Below are positions 60,443 through 64,000 of a DNA stretch of 64,000 nucleotides, piece by piece. The notes beneath the pieces are model-generated. The model saw only the letters and a list, made by a program, of their open reading frames with translations, was not told the DNA's origin and did no database searches. A program made the translations under genes and the position numbers. Location: contig OZ243037.1 of assembly GCA_965212015.1 (NCBI GenBank), positions 1,024,001 to 1,088,000 on the forward strand, in the 5' to 3' direction. This DNA comes from Cenarchaeum sp. (GTDB lineage Archaea > Thermoproteota > Nitrososphaeria > Nitrososphaerales > Nitrosopumilaceae). Numbering within the stretch: the first letter of the stretch is position 1; each line of letters opens with the position of its first letter.

Positions 60443-61121
60443 CTCTGATCTGGACATGCTGCAGCTGTCCGATTCCATATTTCCCACCGGCCTGTTTGCC
60501 ACATCAAACGGGCTGGAATCGCTGTTCCTGGACAAAAAGGTCACGACGGCAAAGGAGCTGACAGAGCTAAACAGGGTGTTCATAGAGCAGCAGGTCGGGC
60601 CCTGCGACTGCGTCGCCCTGTCCAGTGCGTACGGGCATTGCATATTATCTGACTATGAAAAGCTAAAGGAGACAGACGGAATATGCGTCTCGCTAAAAAC
60701 CATAAAGGAGACCAGAGATGCCGCAGTAAGATCCGGCATACAGCTTGTCAAATGCGTCAAAGAGTTCCAAAGGGACGGGATGCTGGACCGGTACCACGCC
60801 GGCATACTAGATGAGGACGTCTCCGGCGTCTATCCCGTCTCGTTTGCCGTCTGCTGCCATGCGCTGGGAATCAAGAGGGAAAAGTCAATGCTAATGCTGT
60901 GCTATGGCTTTGTGGCAAGCAGCGTGGGGGCCGCACTGCGGCTTGGAATGATACAGCACCTTGAGGCGCAGGGTATAATCCACCGGCTAAAGCCGCCGAT
61001 ACTCAGAACGGTCCGGGAAAATTCCGGCAAGTCGATTGGCGAGATATGGCAGTTTTTGCCGCAGGCAGAGATTGGCCAGATGGACCACGAGAGGATGGAC
61101 TCTAAAATGTTTATTACGTGA
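60435..61121 (+). CDS. ureF: urease accessory protein UreF
   Basis: LQLSDS.FPTG.FA.S.GLE, HE...SKMFIT. Confidence 0.95.
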   Translation: MHDSDLDMLQLSDSIFPTGLFATSNGLESLFLDKKVTTAKELTELNRVFIEQQVGPCDCVALSSAYGHCILSDYEKLKETDGICVSLKTIKETRDAAVRSGIQLVKCVKEFQRDGMLDRYHAGILDEDVSGVYPVSFAVCCHALGIKREKSMLMLCYGFVASSVGAALRLGMIQHLEAQGIIHRLKPPILRTVRENSGKSIGEIWQFLPQAEIGQMDHERMDSKMFIT

Positions 61122-61139
61122 AATTCGTGCCAAAGCTGG

Positions 61140-61796
61140 ATGGCAGGCAGGATTCCAAGAATCGGCATCGGCGGGCCCGTCGGCTCTGGAAAAAGCATGC
61201 TAATCGAGAGGATTGTCCCCGTGCTGGCAAAAATGGGCTACAATGTGAGCATTATATCAAATGATGTAATCTCAAAGGAGGACGCAGACAGGATGAGGGC
61301 CAACCTGGCAACAGACGGGGGACTGCTGCCCGAAGACCTGGTCATCGGCCTTGCCACCGGCGGGTGCCCGCACACGGCAGTAAGGGAGGATCCGTCCATG
61401 AACATTTCCGTAATAGAGGAGATTGAGAAAAAGCATCCCGGGCTGGACATGATAATCATCGAGAGCGGCGGGGACAATATCACCACCACGTTTAGCCCCA
61501 TTCTGGCGGACTATTTCATATACATAATAGACGTGGCAGGCGGGGACAAGTATCCGCGAAAGGGCGGGCTGGGAATCACAAGCTGCGACCTGCTGGTAAT
61601 AAACAAGATTGACTTGGCGCCGCAGGTGGGGGCGGACCTGAGTATTATGAAAGGCGACGCAGTCCGGACAAGGAAGGAAAAGCCGTTCGTGTTTGTAAAC
61701 TGCAAGACCGACGAGGGAATAAAAGAGACGGTATCGCACATAATACATGATCTCTTGTTTGATGAGGGGCCAAAATCCGCAATGGTGCAAAAATGA
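61140..61796 (+). CDS. ureG: urease accessory GTPase UreG
   Basis: GGPVGSGKS, TGGCPHTAVRED, ESGGDN, NKID. Confidence 0.97.
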   Translation: MAGRIPRIGIGGPVGSGKSMLIERIVPVLAKMGYNVSIISNDVISKEDADRMRANLATDGGLLPEDLVIGLATGGCPHTAVREDPSMNISVIEEIEKKHPGLDMIIIESGGDNITTTFSPILADYFIYIIDVAGGDKYPRKGGLGITSCDLLVINKIDLAPQVGADLSIMKGDAVRTRKEKPFVFVNCKTDEGIKETVSHIIHDLLFDEGPKSAMVQK

Positions 61797-62710
61797 ATGA
61801 CGCCGCATTTTATTTGCCGCGCGAGATTCCCGGACGAATAAGGTCGTATGATAGTATGCCAAGGCAGCTGGCAGCAAACAGGGCGGGAAAAAACGGGCAT
61901 CTGAGGGTGGTGTTCCGGAATACGGGCAATAGAACCGTCATTGCCGAGCAGCTCTCAGAGGCGCCGTTTCACGCCCAGAGGGCGCTGTACTGTGAAGAGT
62001 CGCTTTCCGGCATGGCCTATTTTTACATGGTATCATCATCCGGGGGAATCCTCCAGGGCGACAGGCACAGAATCGACGTGACGGCAGAGAGGGACTCTGT
62101 CGTACACATGACCACGCAGGGTGCCACGAGGATATACGGCATGGATGCGGGCAGTGCGACGCAGGTGCTCAACATTACGCTGGAAGATAACGCCTATCTG
62201 GAGTTCATCCCGGATCAGATAATACCGTATGGCAGCTCCCGGTTCTACCAGGAGGCGAATCTCTGCGTCAATAATGATGCGACGCTGTTTTATTCAGAGA
62301 TAATCACGCCGGGGCGGGTGGCCATGGGCGAGTCCTTTGCGTATGATGTGTGCCATATGAGGACTAGGGCCACAGACCAGGGCGGCGCACTGTTATTCAC
62401 CGATGCCGCAAGCATGGAGCCGGCGAGGCGAAATTCCTCGTCGTTTGGCATACTGGGAAAATACACCATAACGGGCTCTGTCTATATACTTGGTAGGAAT
62501 GTTCCGGAACTGCACCAAAAAATAAACGCCCGAATTACAAGTGACAATAAAGTATCCGGGGGCGCAAGCATGATGAGGAATAATGCGGGACTGCTGGTAA
62601 GGATTCTCGGATGCGAGACAGAGCAGGTAAGGGGAATAATATTTGGCATTGCCGGTATGGTAAGAAAAGAGTGCACCGGTGCGTCATTCTCTCCTGTCAG
62701 AAAGAGCTAA
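61793..62710 (+). CDS. ureD: urease accessory protein UreD
   Basis: SGGILQGD, TTQGATRIY, LEFIPD..IP, PGRVAMGE.F. Confidence 0.95.
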   Translation: MNDAAFYLPREIPGRIRSYDSMPRQLAANRAGKNGHLRVVFRNTGNRTVIAEQLSEAPFHAQRALYCEESLSGMAYFYMVSSSGGILQGDRHRIDVTAERDSVVHMTTQGATRIYGMDAGSATQVLNITLEDNAYLEFIPDQIIPYGSSRFYQEANLCVNNDATLFYSEIITPGRVAMGESFAYDVCHMRTRATDQGGALLFTDAASMEPARRNSSSFGILGKYTITGSVYILGRNVPELHQKINARITSDNKVSGGASMMRNNAGLLVRILGCETEQVRGIIFGIAGMVRKECTGASFSPVRKS

Positions 62711-64000
62711 TCACAGCAGTACCACGGGCTTTGAGGTGAGCTTTAGCACCTTGCTTGTAATGTGCCCAAAGTCCTCTTTAGAGTTTCCCAGCCCCTTGCG
62801 GCCCATTGCTATCAGGTCGACTTCGAGCTTGTCTGCCATCTCTGCAATCTTTACCGGCGGGTTTCCAAGCTTTACAATCCGGGAATAGCTGCTGACCTGG
62901 CGCGGGATTACAATGCTTTTTAGTATTATCCTTCCCTCTTCTTGCATCTGAAGGCCGAGCTTTTCATCCATGTTCTCCTCGTCCTCATCGGACCACTCTA
63001 TTACATACAGCAGGTAAATCTTTACCCTTGCCGCATTGCGGAACAGATAGTTTGCATTGTTTAGCGCCCGGAGGGATCTCACAGAGCCGTCCACCGGTAC
63101 TAAAATCCTCATCTCGGGCTTGTCGTGCGCGTCATCTGACCCCTGGTCATCGTACCTTTCCGTGGTGCTGGCCCGGGTTATTATCTCCCTGATGCTGGTT
63201 CTTGCCTCGATTATCGGCAGAATCATCACCACGGCTGCTGCACCAATGGCCCAGACCAGGGCAAGCACGACCCACGCGGCAAAGGACTCTGCGGTAAAGA
63301 CGTATCCCGTAAGATAAAACGACATTGGCCAGACTATCACAAGGGATACGGTTATTCCAAGGCCCACCCTCTTGCAGAATGCAGACGCCCGCCGCAGCAT
63401 TTTCTCGTCTGTGTCCTGCTTTATCATGGAGCGGATCTTGTCATCGACCAGTAGTATCTTTTGGCGCAACGCCCTAAAGTCGAATCTTTCCGGAAACAGG
63501 GCGCTTCCGGCCACGGTGATTGCCAGGCTGACCGTAATTGCCGTAATGTTTCCCACCAAAAGCGGCACAATGTCGCCGGTGGAGGAGAGCGTAATCTCGC
63601 CTGAGATCAGGCTTGCCGACATTACCCACCCCAGTATTCCGCATCCGAGGCCGACTATTGCGGCTGTAGTCGCTGCGTGCCGGTTTGTCTTTGCCCATAA
63701 AATGCCGAGGGATATCGGCGCCACTGCGGATCCTATCAGGATGCCCATCATCAGATAGACGTACTGCAGGCTGACTCCGAACTGGAACAAAACGGATGCC
63801 GTAATTCCCATGCCTATGCCGAATGCCAGTATGGTAAACCGCGATATCCTGATTAGCTCCCGTCCCGTGGCAGACGGCTTTAGGTATGTTCTGAACACGT
63901 CGTATGTCATGAGTGATGAGACACTCACCAGCTGTGACGAGCCTGCCGCAGTGACTGCGGTGAATATTATGGTCAGGATTAGAATCGCCCCGAGATCCCC
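62711..64000 (-). CDS. second DUR3-like SSS transporter fused to a C-terminal universal stress protein (USP) domain; start beyond the right edge
   Basis: Frame is open to 64000 (GDLGAILILTIIFTAVTAAGSSQL...) and homologous to 55316..57349; 62711..63112 encodes ILVPVDGS...DLIAMGRKG...KPVVLL. Confidence 0.92.
   Translation of the reverse strand, partial: GDLGAILILTIIFTAVTAAGSSQLVSVSSLMTYDVFRTYLKPSATGRELIRISRFTILAFGIGMGITASVLFQFGVSLQYVYLMMGILIGSAVAPISLGILWAKTNRHAATTAAIVGLGCGILGWVMSASLISGEITLSSTGDIVPLLVGNITAITVSLAITVAGSALFPERFDFRALRQKILLVDDKIRSMIKQDTDEKMLRRASAFCKRVGLGITVSLVIVWPMSFYLTGYVFTAESFAAWVVLALVWAIGAAAVVMILPIIEARTSIREIITRASTTERYDDQGSDDAHDKPEMRILVPVDGSVRSLRALNNANYLFRNAARVKIYLLYVIEWSDEDEENMDEKLGLQMQEEGRIILKSIVIPRQVSSYSRIVKLGNPPVKIAEMADKLEVDLIAMGRKGLGNSKEDFGHITSKVLKLTSKPVVLL

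Overview
64-kb segment of a GC-rich ammonia-oxidising archaeon (Nitrososphaerota, Nitrosopumilaceae-like). The assignment is inferred from archaeal TBP, two TFBs, Alba, Sec61beta, GatDE, Tsr3, F420 genes cofCDGH and thaumarchaeal-type hypothetical proteins. High GC with scattered decayed genes would fit a host-associated lineage, but that is not provable here. Core content: sdhACDB, tRNA-Pro(UGG), map, gatDE, cofCD/cofGH, and a divergent urease cluster (dur3<-ureC<-ureB<-ureA | ureE->ureF->ureG->ureD) with a second DUR3-like transporter fused to a USP domain at the right edge. The most notable accessory region is an AT-rich island (~24.1-27.3 kb). It holds a truncated SWIM-finger transposase-like gene facing away from a translationally coupled operon: small AbrB-like protein, gamma-class amino-methyltransferase, putative restriction endonuclease and Zn-ribbon protein. 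The two are separated by three tandem palindromic operator-like boxes. Other accessory items: a Panacea (DUF4065) antitoxin plus small membrane protein, a multi-stem intergenic element, IS481-like remnants, several pseudogenes and an AT-rich ClpP-class protease gene at the left edge. All family calls are by motif recognition only; no searches were run.
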